The notes: generated by a model from the sequence alone, not told the origin. A stretch of 64,000 nucleotides of DNA from Eledone cirrhosa (GCA_964016885.1 OZ024740.1:47802001-47866000), one strand, 5' to 3'; positions 48,861 to 62,894 are shown, numbered from the stretch's first letter. Made by a program: numbers and translations.

Positions 48861-50130
48861 CGTTTATATTTTATCTCCTTCATGGAAAAACAAATTACAT
48901 ATTATACATTAAATTGTACAATAAGAATACAGAAAGAATACAGGATTTAACTGAAGCAGCCAGGATGTGACATACGGTGCAGGACAGCAGCATTTATCGA
49001 AAACACTTCATTTAGAAGGGAATTTATACATACTTTGAGATTTGGAAGTTTGAGAACTTTTAAGCGACGTTGTAAATATATCGTGTTACATATTGTTTAT
49101 AGGACTAGTAAGAAATTATCAATAATTAATGAAGAACATCCTTTTGATTGTTAGGGTAATCTTTCGAAGTTTCCACTTTCAAACTTCCCCTTAAGAGTAG
49201 CGTAGCCAGAATGTGCGCCGCCAGGAATAGCTCTTCAATCTCCACTCCCCATATACAGCATATCGCACAATGACTCCTTCTTAAAGTGCTTTTCCTTATA
49301 GAATTCTCGCCCGGCGCAGACCACCCCTCACCGCTCTCCTCTAGATACTATCTCTTGAACTTCTAGAGTTTTTGTTAAATTCATGCAGTGATCCGCTGCT
49401 CCACTGGATCAATTTATCTGATGTTAGCAATCGTAGTAGTGTGCCTCTGTAACCACACTGACAGTGAACAAACTTTATGCAATGTGTCATACAATGGGCT
49501 TTAATGGCAAAATTCAGTAGAAACTGTTTCAAAGAAGAGTCTTTTCAATAAATTTTCATAATTTTTTCTGTCATTCCGTCATTACATTTTTAAAATGAAA
49601 ACACAGCAGTTCACTATTTTGTTATATTTTTTTAATTTGTTCCCAATGCGATAGTTACTCACATGGTGCCCAGACACGGTCTAATTAAAATGTACATTCT
49701 AACAATTCCGTTTAATATAGAGATGATCTACTGTAAACAGAAAACAATTTATCCACAAATGACTGAAAATTATTAATTCTACGATTCGCTTACTGCAAAT
49801 TCTAATCTGTGATTAAAACTGTGCCAAATTGTCATCATATGAGGGTATTGATACTGGGGCAATGTTGCAACACCAGGTTTGACACCAACTTTTACGCTCG
49901 CTCTGTCACTAACAAATGCTACAAGGTTCTATCCCAAGTAAGCATCATCAAACTTATCGTCGTAAAAAGCGAAGGGACCTACCTTTGCGTCTCCAGTCGT
50001 GTCCGGACTGAATCTCCCTGAGTGATGCTCAACTGTTTCGCGTCTGGCCAGAGAACATAGCAAAACTCACACACTCATACGCACCAGTCATTATAGGACG
50101 TCCACACTCTGCCTCTCCATATAGAGTCTA

Positions 50131-50451
50131 CAGAGGTATGCAACATATTCCATTGGCGGGCTACTTTTGAACATTGGAACAACTAGTAGGGCCATTAATA
50201 TTTATTAAACACTATTCCAAAGATTCACCACGACTTCTTTCCATAACATGGAACTGGGAAATTATAACACACATAACCCTATCAGTGAAGCCCTTTACTA
50301 TAGGTCAACTAACAGAAAATTGTATTACGGTTATGACAAAAATTCTAAATAAGCCTACACGGTAAAAGTTAAAAAAACGGTCATCGCGGGCCACTCTGAC
50401 TGGTCTGGCGGGCCGGATTGTGGCCAGCGGGCCGCCTGTTGCACGCCTCAG
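50131..50451. mobile_element. hAT (Charlie-like) MITE
   Basis: CAGAGGTATGCAACA vs reverse complement CTGAGGCGTGCAACA; GCGGGCC subterminal repeats. Confidence 0.6.
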
Positions 50452-50558
50452 AGAGAGACCCGTCCCGCACTTCCGATGTGATGTCACTGGCTCTTCACCA
50501 CCGGCAAGACATCCCCTGCACTTCCGACACCCTATCCCCACACTCCCCCGTGATCTCA

Positions 50559-51188
50559 ACTGTTCCATTAATGGATTGTACTTGTAATTTCCTAACTAGT
50601 TGTGTTCTTTCTGTTCCTGTGAAGCCTAGCTTCTCAAGATTTGTATTGAGGCAGCTACTAACATACCCCACCAAGGTTTCTTGGTGAGGAGGGTGACTTT
50701 GGACATCCTGCAGGACTAAAAACAAAACCTGTCAAAGGGCAAAAGAGCTCTTAAGAGTCAATGGCCATCCAAAATCACTGGAAGAGATGACCCTTAGCCT
50801 TTGTCAAGGCAGAATTCTAGGAGAAGGAAAACTCTGATATAACACCTGCAACCCTGATGATATCCAATGATGTTGACTTGTTCTTCTTTTTGGTAAATAT
50901 CATCTTCGTTAAGAGAGTGGGACTGGCTTTGTGCAGTGCCTTTGCTCACTATAAAAGCTTCACGGCACAGACATTGCTTTATAACTGGAGATCTCTCTGC
51001 ACTTGTCGTCACATGGTACCATAGGCCCAGCACTATGTGTCAATAATTGTCACAAGTGTAGTGTTTGTACCAGAGTTTTCAAGTCGCTGACTGGACTAAA
51101 AAGTCACACTCGTTCAGCGCATCGGTAGGGGTTCTCCTACATGGATATAAAGTAGTGGCCGTACTCGAAAACGAGTTGGCAGCCACCA
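50559..51188. mobile_element. R4/Dong fragment (-, 50559-50669) fused to bipartite RTE derivative N4 (+)
   Basis: Junction ACATACCCCA|CCAAGG; ACCCCA is shared by both parents. Confidence 0.85.
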
Positions 51189-51208
51189 TGTATGTATGTA
51201 TGTATGTT

Positions 51209-51458
51209 TGCATCCAATGATGTAGACCAATTCTTCTTTTTGGGTAAATGCGTTCGATGTTCAGAGAGTGGAATTGGCCTCTTCAAAGCCTTTCCTCACC
51301 TAAAAAAAGCCTCAAGCACAGGCATCGCTTGATATGTGACATCTTTTGCGATGTATGACATTGCTGGTCATAAGTGAGTCCCTAGCAGGACTAAAATCGT
51401 GATGCTCATGCTTAAGTATGAAGCGATGGTATTACTCGAAATCGAGTTGCAGCCACCA
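51209..51458 (+). mobile_element. Diverged second subfamily of bipartite RTE derivative
   Basis: Shares ATCCAATGATGT..GAGAGTGG..GCACAGGCAT and the terminus CTCGAAATCGAGTTGCAGCCACC-(TATG)n. Confidence 0.7.
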
Positions 51459-51483
51459 TGTATGTATGTATGTAGGTATGTAT

Positions 51484-52059
51484 GTTCTTCTGGTTTTATA
51501 ATTTCACAAAGTTTTCCCAATAGAGAGAGAGTCGGTTTCTAACATAGACACAAGACTCTCTCATTGGAATTTACACAACATCAACTAGGTAGATATGTAT
51601 GTATGTCTGCATGCATGCATGTGTAGATATGGATGTTATTGTATGTGTGGATGTGTATGTTTTGAGTTGTATGTGTTCATGTGTATATGCTTTGCATCTG
51701 TATATGTGTATATGCAGTTATTAGATGCAAAATGTTTGGAATGTTTTACATATTTTTACTGTTCCATTAATGGATTGTACTTGTAATTTCCTAACTAGTT
51801 GTGTTCTTTCTGTTCCTGTGAAGCCTAGCTTCTCAAGATTTGTATTGAGGCAGTTACTAACATACCCCAGTGCCCCAATAATCACAGGCATAAATCTGAA
51901 TGTGTAATGAGGGTGGAGTATCTGCAGATTTCTCATCAGTTCTGCATAAATATTCTCCTTTTCACTAATCTTTGATATTATATTGGCATCTGCTGGGCAG
52001 CTAATTTCCACTACTGTGCATGTTTTCTTCTCCCTGTCCCATATCATAATATCTGGTCT
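51484..52059 (-). mobile_element. R4/Dong-like 3' end (D5)
   Basis: RPDIMIWD...PVIIGALG and full 3' UTR; TATG on both flanks. Confidence 0.88.
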
Positions 52060-52148
52060 GTATGTATGTATGTATGTATGTATGTATGTATGTATGTATG
52101 TATGTATGTATGTATGTATGTATGTATGTATATATGTATGTATGTATG

Positions 52149-53079
52149 GGGAAATATCAAACAGGATACAGAAAGCCAGTGATGCTTTTGGAAAACTGAA
52201 CATGCGTCTCTGGTCTTAACACGGAATTTCGGTAAAGACAAAGCTTGTGAGACGTGTGTGGTCTACCGTAGACAGATGAAGCGACTTGAGAGGTTCCACC
52301 AGTACTACTTACGTCGGATCCTCGGCATAACTTGGCAAATGTTTGTCAGTGACGTCGAGGTTCTGGACAGAAGTGGTTGTGATAGTGTCGAGTCCTTGAT
52401 TTTGAAACATCAGCTGCGCTGGACAGGCCATCTTGTAAGGATGAATGACAAGCGAATGCCGAAGCAGCTGCTTTATGGCGAGCTCCAAATGGGAAAAAGG
52501 AACGCGAGCAAACCCAAGATGTGTTTTAAGGACTGCATCAAGGGGGAGCTCAAAAAAGGTAACATCCCTTGTGAGCACTGGGAAGCATGTGCTAGCGACC
52601 GATCGCAGTGGAGGAAAGCAGTGGCTAGTGGCAAGAGTCTATTTGAGGAAACAAGAAGAAGGCACGCAACACTAAAAAGAGATGTCCGGAAAGGAATCCA
52701 TGTTGGCCTTCCCGAAGGCACTGACAGACGGCCTGACCTGACATGTGAGACCTGTAATAGGGTTTGTCTGAGCATGGCAGGTCTAGAGAGTCACCTGAGA
52801 GTGAACAAGAACAGGGAAGCAGGCACCTGTGGAGCTATAAGTGTTCATCAGACGACGACATGTAATGTTTGTGGAATGGAAGGGTATGCAGGTCGAGTAG
52901 TGATCTCACACGACACCTTGTCGTCACGTGGTACCATGGGCCCAGCACTAGGTGTCAATAATTGTCACAAGTGTAGTGTTTGTACCAGAGTTTTCAAGTC
53001 GCTGGCTGGACTAAAAAGCCATACTCGTTCAGCGCATCGGTAGGGGTACTCCTACATGGATATAAAGTAGCCACCACCA
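52149..53079 (+). mobile_element. RTE (BovB-like) 3' end with C2H2 fingers (R2), parent family of N elements
   Basis: QLRWTGHLVRM...RMPKQLLYGEL; CETC..SHLR, CNVC.., CSVCTRVFKSLAGLKSHTRSAH; TATG on both flanks. Confidence 0.88.
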
Positions 53080-54009
53080 TGTATATATGTATGTATGTAT
53101 GCATTTATGTATGCATTTATGAATGCATATATGTATACATGTTTGTATGTATGTATGTATAGGAATACATAGAATGTGTTTCCGGTTTTTAAAATGAGCG
53201 CATTCCACTTGTGATTCCTGTCTTTTCTTGTATACAGGGAACTTAGAATTACTTTATTAAACATGTCATTTATGAAGACAACAGAGAATAATTTAAGAGA
53301 TATTGAGTAAAACAAAGTTCTATTTTTAATAGAATGCATACAAATAAACGCAATTTATATTTAAAAAAAAGAAAAAGTTGGAGAAGACACGCCTACTCAA
53401 TCACACACTACAAGGGGAAATGGAGTTTTCCTCTAATAATATTTGAGGCATGCCAACTCGCAACATTGCCATCGGTGATAGTAATGCGAAGGCACCACCT
53501 GATATTTTAATTTCTATTAGATCGAGTAACCATATAGACGTTCCTTCGAGTATTTGTTCTACCTTTTCTTTCTGAATTCTAATCACACCGAGGTCAACTT
53601 TGTCTTTCATCTTTCCAGTGTCGATAAAATAAAGTACCAGTTAAGTACTGAAGTTTATCGACTTTTCTCTTGTCCTAAATACTGGCCTTGAACCCAAATC
53701 GGATTAATTTTTATTAGTAAAAAGTCTTTGACTTCGTTTTGAATCCTGCTCTAGTTATTATTTCTTTTTACTGCCATCACCAAACACTCTTGAGAAAGAT
53801 AAACATGTTGCACTTCCCTTCCCCAGTCCTTAGTCTGCTTTTAAACTTAATTAAGATTTTTTTTTTAAATCGATGTTGCTTTCATTCAGATCAAACAAAA
53901 TCAGTTGTGGCCGACCAAGGAAATAATCCTGAATTATTAGTTGGATTATCTTCTGGTCTTCATAATTATCTTAAATGAATTAACTACCTTATGTTTATTG
54001 AACAATGGC

Positions 54010-54010
<1 letters not shown>

Positions 54011-54081
<71 letters not shown>
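54011..54081. repeat. (GA)n microsatellite
   Basis: Direct repeat. Confidence 0.98.
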
Positions 54082-54084
<3 letters not shown>

Positions 54085-54119
54085 ATGGCTTGTGGAGTGA
54101 GGTGTCTGAGTCACGAGTA

Positions 54120-56122
54120 TAGGGTCGGACGCCATGTTTTGCAGCACAGTTACGTCCCTTTACGGACTGAGTTCAAATCCCGCCGAAGTTAACTTTGCCT
54201 TTCATCCTTACGGGGTCGATAAAATAAAGTACCAGTAATAGACTGAGGAAATTGCTGACCTTGCTGAAACAATTATTACAAAAATTATGTTGTCATTGAG
54301 AAAGTTACATAACTCTGCTTGCCCCAGTTTGTCTATCTGACAAAAGCTCCACACAAAATTAGTAGCCAAACGTGAATAATAGTAGCAAAATCTTCCTCAA
54401 ACCACGCCACACTGTCTTAAAAAGGGAAGGACATATTGGACAAAGTAGTTTTAGATGTACAATAAAATTGAAGCCTCATGACTTAAACACCTTTGAACAT
54501 AGGTCAACTCAAACAGGATTGAATCGAACTAACAAGAACAAAATTCGCTCTCCTACTTAGTATTGCAGCCCGTTGTAAATATTATTTGGTTAAATAAAAA
54601 CTGTTCTACTCATGCAAACTTGGATGTAAAAAGAAATGAAAGTAAAGAAGCAAAAAAAAAAGGGGGATTATTTTGGTTATGATTCTAATTATTTCTTTGT
54701 ATCCATATCCAAGGTTGGTAGATTGACAGTATCGGTTGAACGTCAGACAACATGCTTCACGACATAGAGTTACAGCCCTTTACGTTCTGAGTTCAAATTC
54801 TGCCGAAGATAACTTTGCCTTTCATCCTTACGAGGTCAATAAAATAAAGTACCAGTAACACACTGGGTCGATTCAATCGACTTTACTTATCCCCCAAATT
54901 ATTGGCCATGTGTCTAAATCAGAAACCATTATTTCTTTGTATTATTGGCAGTATCGTTAGAGGGTCGGACGCCATGGTGTGCAGCATGGAGTTACGGGCC
55001 TTTACGATCTGAGTTCAAATCCCGCCGAGGTTAACTTTGCCATCCATCCTTACGGGGTCGATAAAATAAAGTACCAGTAATGCACTGGGATGATTGCTGG
55101 CCTTGTGCCAAAAGTAGAAACAATTATTTCTTTGTATTTAATGCAGTGGATTGGCAGTATTGGTAGAGCTTCTGGCAAGATGCTTTTCAGTATTTAGTTA
55201 CGACTTTCTACGTTCTGTGTTCAAATCCCACCGAAGTTAACTTTACCTTTCATCCTTGCGGTTTTGATAAAATATAGAACTAGTTAAATATTGGGTCGGT
55301 ATGAGCGACATTCCTGTCCTCCCAAATTGTTAGCATTTTACCAATGTTAGAAATAATTATTTCTTTGTATCTTTTTCCAGCAAATATTCAAATTATCCAA
55401 GTATCTCTCAAACTTGGTACTTTACATATAGCTGATATGGTGCTTTGGCTCAGTTGAACCCAGATTATTTTTTCAGATGATGATCATGCGCATCCAAAAG
55501 TCCCACCCGTCTTAGGAACCCTGAAAAAATAAAGAGTTATGGGCGTTTCCCTTCTATCCTGATGAAGCAGTAAATAAAATAAAGTGTTTTTATCTGCAAC
55601 GTCAACATCCTCACAACAAACATTACTTCAATTAATAGGAACACTACACAGTGTTAAGATAGAGATGTAAGGTAAACTTATGGGGCTGTTTTCTTAGTAT
55701 GCTACCATGTCTAGTCTTGTCACGAAAAGTAGATAGTGTGGTCAAAGCACACGTTTTTCTCTTTGTGTTCAGAAAATACAAGACCTGCTTAGCTAGTTTC
55801 AGCATTTTTAATGTTTCATCATAGATCAGTCACGATTTTTTTCTAATCATAAAGAGAATATGATCTTAAAACTATTTGATTCAAGCCAGCCCAATATAGT
55901 ATAATGCTTTTGAATATAAAGTTGCAATAATAATTATTGGCAGTATAGGTAGAGGGTCGGACGCCATGCTTAACAGCATAGAGTTACAGCCCTTTATGAT
56001 CTGAGTTCAAATCCCGCCGAGGTTAACTTCGCCTTTCATCCTTACAGGGTCGATAAAATAAAGTACCAGTAATATATTGGGGTAATTGCTGGCCTTGTGT
56101 CAAAAGTAGAAACAATTATTAT
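54120..56122 (+). mobile_element. Five tRNA/Nin-type SINE copies (54120-54278, 54712-54932, 54944-55128, 55146-55361, 55937-56122)
   Basis: Family matches; long and short 3' variants; a decayed copy also lies at 53575-53715. Confidence 0.9.
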
Positions 56123-56254
56123 GGATATGATAACTCCATAATAATTGTTTCTAAAATTTGTCCTGGAAGCTCCAAGTATTCAGATTATTTCAAAGCTAAG
56201 TGAAGAGTTTATTTTGAACAATGACTAACAGTATAGAAATTGTGATAATGGCTT

Positions 56255-56792
56255 TACTGCAGTTATGACTACGACTGAACTGCAGTTATGACTATGACTG
56301 TACTGTATTTATGACTATACTGTAGTTATGACTATGACAGTACTGTACTTATGACTATGACTGTACGGTAGTTATAATTATGACTATACTGTAGTTATGA
56401 CTATGACAGTACTGTGGTTATGATTATGGCTATACTGTAGTTATAGCTATACTTTAGTTATGACAGTACTGTAGTTATGACTATGACTGTACTGTAGTTA
56501 TGACTATGACTGCACTATAGTTATGACTATGACTGTACTTTAATTACAGCTATACTGTAGTTATGACTATACTGTAATTATGACTACAACTGTACTGTAA
56601 TTACGACTATGACTATACTCTAGTTATGACTATGACTATACTTTATTTATGACTATGACTGTACTGTAGTTATAGCTATACCGTCAGTTATGACTATACA
56701 GTAATTATGACTGCGACTGTACTGTAATTACGACTATGACTATACTCTAGTTATGACTGTACTATAGTTAAGACTTTCCCTAACTGTACTAT
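56255..56792. repeat. Minisatellite of 17/23-bp units (ATGACT[ATGACT]GTACTGTAGTT)
   Basis: Tandem degenerate units. Confidence 0.93.
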
Positions 56793-56794
56793 GA

Positions 56795-56940
56795 AGGCGT
56801 ATGGCTTAGTAGTTAGAGCATTGGGCTTGCAATCGAAAGGTTGTGAGTTCAAATTCGGACCGGGTGATGTGTTGTTTCCTTGAGCAAGACACTTTATTTC
56901 ACGTTGCTCCAGTTTACCCAGCTGTAGAAATGAGATGATA
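56795..56940 (+). mobile_element. tRNA-derived CORE/V-domain-like SINE head
   Basis: TGGCTTAGTAG A box, GAGTTCAAATTC B box, TCCTTGAGCAAGACACTT body. Confidence 0.7.
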
Positions 56941-58084
56941 GGATTGGGGTCTCTATCATTATATTACCCAAGACACCTCCAACGAGATATACCTTGGAGG
57001 AAGCCAGCTAAACCTGCATATGTGTGAGATGTCAACCCCCCCCCCCCCCCCGCCCCACACACACACACTGTAGTCAGGGATACGATTATACTGTAGACAT
57101 GATCAGAGTAGTCAATTGTTATGTGCTTCTGGTGTAGTGTTGAAATGACTGAATGAATAGTGTTAGGATTACTAACAACACCATAGAACAACCCACTTTA
57201 TTATACTATGTCTAGTCCTTCTTCCCAGAATGCTGGCTTTCTTGCATTCCCCATTCCCTCTCTACACATGCTTCTTCTTTAGTAATTCAATTCGTGATAT
57301 CTTTTCCTCTCCACATAAGTAATTCTAACTAGGTATTTGGTGTTTACTACATTAAATGTGTTAATACAAATTTAACCATTGAATTATATATTTCTGAATT
57401 AGGTGGGGTGGGGGAGGGGGATAATTTGGACAATTTAATTGTAGTGAATAGTTTAGCTCTTTGCACTCTAAAATGGTCAGAAAATATCGATATGCGATGA
57501 ACAAAGAATGTACATAAATTGTCGCGCATATCCAAATAGATGTGTGATTGGTAGTTTGGGGAGAAAATATAATTTTAAAAAATATGTCTGTGCCCTTTCC
57601 TAAGGGGTTAATATATCGAGCTTCTTCGCATTTGGTAAGAAATTGTTATTATACCCAATTTATTCATCTCCTATATATATATATATATAATTGAAAAAGT
57701 GAAGAATAACATGGTCAACAGTACAAAAAAGGGTTTTATTTACAGTCTGACAATTGTTTCACTGATTAAGTTGTCTAAAAATTGCTGAACACTTGAAGTA
57801 GTGCCACTCAATTTCAAATACGTTGTTAGTTTAACCAGATCATGGAGATAACTGCTGTATGTCCGGTAATTTTACGAATTCAAATTACAGCATCAATAAT
57901 AATATTAATAATAAAGATAGAGAGAGAAAAAAAGAAAGAGAAAAGAAAAAGGAGAAAGGAAAACAGAGAAAGATATATAGAGAAAAAAAGACAGAGATAA
58001 AAGAGGATAGAAAGAGGAGAGAAAAGGATAAAGAAGAAATAAAGGTAAAATAATGATATCAACAATAAATGAATAAATAAAGAA

Positions 58085-59606
58085 GATGAGCGCGAGATTC
58101 TAAGGGATATTCTATGTGCTATGGAGTTAATTATGGATCGAGGGTGATTAGAGTTATAATTAATGTAAGCTAAATTTTCATTATTTTTATGGAAGGGTTC
58201 TATTAGTCCAGTGTTTAGGTTAAGTGATGCATCTAAGTTAGCTTTTTTAGAGTTGAGCTCAAAAGTGATGCTAAGGCCTAATTTATTAAAGAATGTTCTA
58301 ATCCTTTTCCGTAATCTTTCTAAGTTTTGATTATTTAGGTTTTTAGCTAAAAGTAATATATCGTCTCTATAAATTCCTCCTTGTAGGTTATCAAATTCCT
58401 TATGTAAGATATGTGCTATATATATTCCGACAATGTCCGTTACTTGGGCTGAATCGTTCTATCCCATAATTATATCAAAGTTATTTTGTCTGTTTTTTCT
58501 TTCCCAGTAATTATTATTGAACCTAATGATTGTTCTTCTAGCAGTTAGTATTATTTTAATTTCATCTGGTGATAGGTCAGAGTTTTTTGTGCAAAGGTTA
58601 CTGCCTTATTTAGGGTGACTGGGGAAATAGAAGAGTAGTAGTCATTGATGTCAAATTGTATGAAGTCGGAAGATTCTCTATTGTCTAATTTACCAAACCA
58701 ATCTATTGCTTCGTAAGTGTTACCCCAGAGCTTAATTATTAGTTTTTCTTTAATTTGTGGTATTATTCTATCTAGTATATACTTGCTAATTTTGCCTATA
58801 TCAGATTTTGATGGACATATTAATCTAATAGTAGGGTCAGTTTCGAAGTTGAATTTATGATCCTTCAGATTAAAAGTGGGTTTACAAGGGGCTAGAGGTT
58901 CGGTTCTATCTATTTTAAGTTTGTTTCCTATGTTAAGTCCTTCCTTGTTAATGTTATTCAGTGTAGACTCTGTAGTTTTGTTGTATTTTTTATGTAATTC
59001 CCGGCGTATAATGTTGTTGTATGTATTAAGGCTCATGGTGTATACGTTTGATGTTTTGTCTGCCTTTACTATAATACCGTTGGTGTTACGTGATTTTTTT
59101 AGTAGTGCATTGATGTTATTTTGCAGTTTGTTATGATGCGTTCGTTTTTTGAATTTAGTTTCTTTTATCATGTTCATGAGGTCAATTTCAAAGGCATCGA
59201 GTTGTGGGTTGTTCGGTGGATTTTTACAGGATTTGAACCCATATTTTTCGTTGGTAGACCCATCATTTCTATCATTAGGTGGATTGGCAGTATCGGTAGT
59301 GGGTCGGACGCCATGCTTTGCGGCACAGTTACGTCCCTTTACGGATTGCGTTCAAATTCCGCCGAGGTTAACTTTGCCTTTCATCCTTACGGGGTCGATA
59401 AAATAAAGTACCAGTAATACACTGGAATAATTGCTGGCCTTGTGCCAAAAGTAGAAACAATTATTATGTCCTTTATCGTAATGATATGCTTTCCATCGGA
59501 TTCTACGGATAAAGTCATTAGTTCTTTGTATCATACCGAGCGTGTATTCCTTGTTTGTAGGTATAGGTATGTTTTTTAAGGACATTCCTATGTAGTGTCT
59601 TTCCAT
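58085..59606 (-). pseudogene. PLE reverse transcriptase, frameshifted and SINE-interrupted, no GIY-YIG seen
   Basis: SLKNIPIP, FIRRIRWKA, YGFKS, VKADKT, LKDHK.NF..P..RLI.P.KS.IGKISK.ILD, QFDI.DYY.SI, GIYRDD. Confidence 0.9.
59277..59466 (+). mobile_element. tRNA/Nin-type SINE inserted into PLE ORF
   Basis: Family match; the PLE reading frame continues on both sides. Confidence 0.9.
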
Positions 59607-61426
59607 GTTAGTGCCGTGCGTTATATTATTTACTCAACCTAATGGGAGCTTGGCATATGGGATAACAAATTATCGTTAAAGGTAATCCAGTTAGAGGTTA
59701 TGAATACTTCGTATTATGGATAGTTTTAGCGTACGGCGTTGTTTGACTCAACAAGAGGTTTACGTAGATGGCGAGTTTGTGATTTCACTTGTATTCCTAT
59801 GTAAGTTTATCTTGGAGTAATAAAATTGAAAAAGTGAAGAATAACATGGTCAACAGTACATTTTATATTTTATATTTTATTTATATTTTATATATCTTTA
59901 TCTTTCATTTTCTATCTTTCTATTTCTCTCCCTAAATTTATTTCATCTCTGACATTTTATCTTATATTATTTTCACTTCTAATATAACTTACAACTAATT
60001 AATCAAATAATTAATTAATTATATAATTAATTTATTAAAATAACCAATACACACATAAATATATTTAACATTTTCATGTTTATACCTTCGTATCTCTATA
60101 TTTTAACCACCTACACCACAAATACTGTCAATAATCTTACTATGTTTACTTTTCTTCGCACATATAAATATTTTTTATTTATTTATTTATTTTCATATTT
60201 TGTATTGTTTTGTATCATATTCGTTTTATTAGTATTTATTCATAACACTTGTTTATTAGTATTTATTCATTTGTTTTGTATCATATTCGTTTTATTAGTA
60301 TTTATTCATAACACTTGTTTATTAGTATTTATTCATTTATTAGCATTTATTCATTTATTGTTGATATCATTATTTTACCTTTATTTCTTCTTTATCTTTT
60401 TCTCTCTTCTTTTCTCTCTGTCTTTTTTCTCTCTATATCTTTCTCTGTTTACTGTTCTCCTTTTTCTTTTTTCTTTCTTTCTTTTCTCTATTTCTCTTTC
60501 TTTTTTCTCTCTCTATCTTTATTATTAATATTATTATTGATGCTGTAATTTGAATTCGTAAAATTACCGGACATACAGCAGTTATCTCCATGATCTGGTT
60601 AAGCAAACAACGTATTTGAAATTGAGTGGCACTACTTCAAGTGTTCAGCAATTTTTAGACAACTTAATCAGTGAAACAATTGTCAGACTGTAAATAAAAC
60701 CCTTTTTTGTACTGTTGACCATGTTATTCTTCACTTTTTCAATGTTATTACTCCAAGATAAACTTACATAGGAATACAAGTGAAATCATAAACTCGCCAC
60801 CTACGTAAACCTCTTGTTGAGTCAAACAACCCTGTACGCTAAATTGTGTAATTTTTTGTTGGTGTGCAAATGAATAAATTGTTGCTGCGTACGACTTGTG
60901 AGCAACCAACATAGAGTTGACCGTGGGACAAACATGTAGTAGAGAGATCAAGTCCAACTACCTTGAGGGAATGACCCTGAGATTTGTTAATTGAAATAAC
61001 AAAACTTAGTTTGACTGGAAAATGAAGCCTCTTAAATTCAAATGGAGCATCTGTAGCTATGAGAGAAATTTTTGAAATAAAGACATTTTTTTTTTCAATA
61101 TTGTAAACAAATAAGTATCAACATCCAAAAGAAATATGTATTAATCACTATATTTGTATGCAGTGTAAATTAACTGACACACACATACACTCACACACAT
61201 ATACTTCTCGCTACATATGTATATGTATGCGTAGATGTGTGTGTTCATACAAACACACACAGCTTATAAAAAACAGACAGACATACATTCATACAAACAC
61301 ACACATAGGGTTTCACCCCCAGCGTTTCGTTATGTCAGTCGTCGCAGAAATCTATGTATACTCACACACACACAGTCGTGACAAATGTATATGTATGGGT
61401 AGATGTGATTGTGTGTGTGTGTGTGT

Positions 61427-61511
<85 letters not shown>

Positions 61512-61704
61512 TGTGTGTTTAATTCTCTGTGTATCTGATTAAATATTTAAGTGAAGATGTGTGTGTATGTAACTTACTAAGATGTAACGTACGTAACGAA
61601 AGCGCAAACACACACACACTCACAAACACATGCACACTCATATACAAAATGTGGCGTCATCGTGTTGTAAAATATCCGTTTACTTAGTTGCTTATAGTAG
61701 ATTA

Positions 61705-62655
<951 letters not shown>

Positions 62656-62894
62656 TTTTAAATAAAGTGTTATATTGTTTCAATCCAAATGAAAATAAAA
62701 ATTACATGTTGTTTACATTTTAATATTTGATTTGATTTGGTCGAGCCATTTGAGAATGCATAAGGAAGAGACAGACAGAGAGAGAGACAAATAATTATAT
62801 ATATACAGAGATAACCATGTACACATAAATTAATTTACACGTATATAGACATATGCATTCATTCGTGTACACGCGTACACACACACACATACAC

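Larger units (their letters stand above)
57690..60842 (-). mobile_element. Naiad-type Penelope-like element with inverted pseudo-LTR arms
   Basis: 57690-58080 is inverted at about 60345-60743; RT ORF on minus strand; degenerate hammerheads at 57743-57855 (-) and 60579-60691 (+). Confidence 0.88.

Noticed and set aside
54687-55370. Repeat-spacer pattern resembling CRISPR (also the 30-bp array at 11.6 kb)
   Set aside because: The spacers are homologous SINEs and the repeats are target duplications; eukaryotic context and no cas genes.
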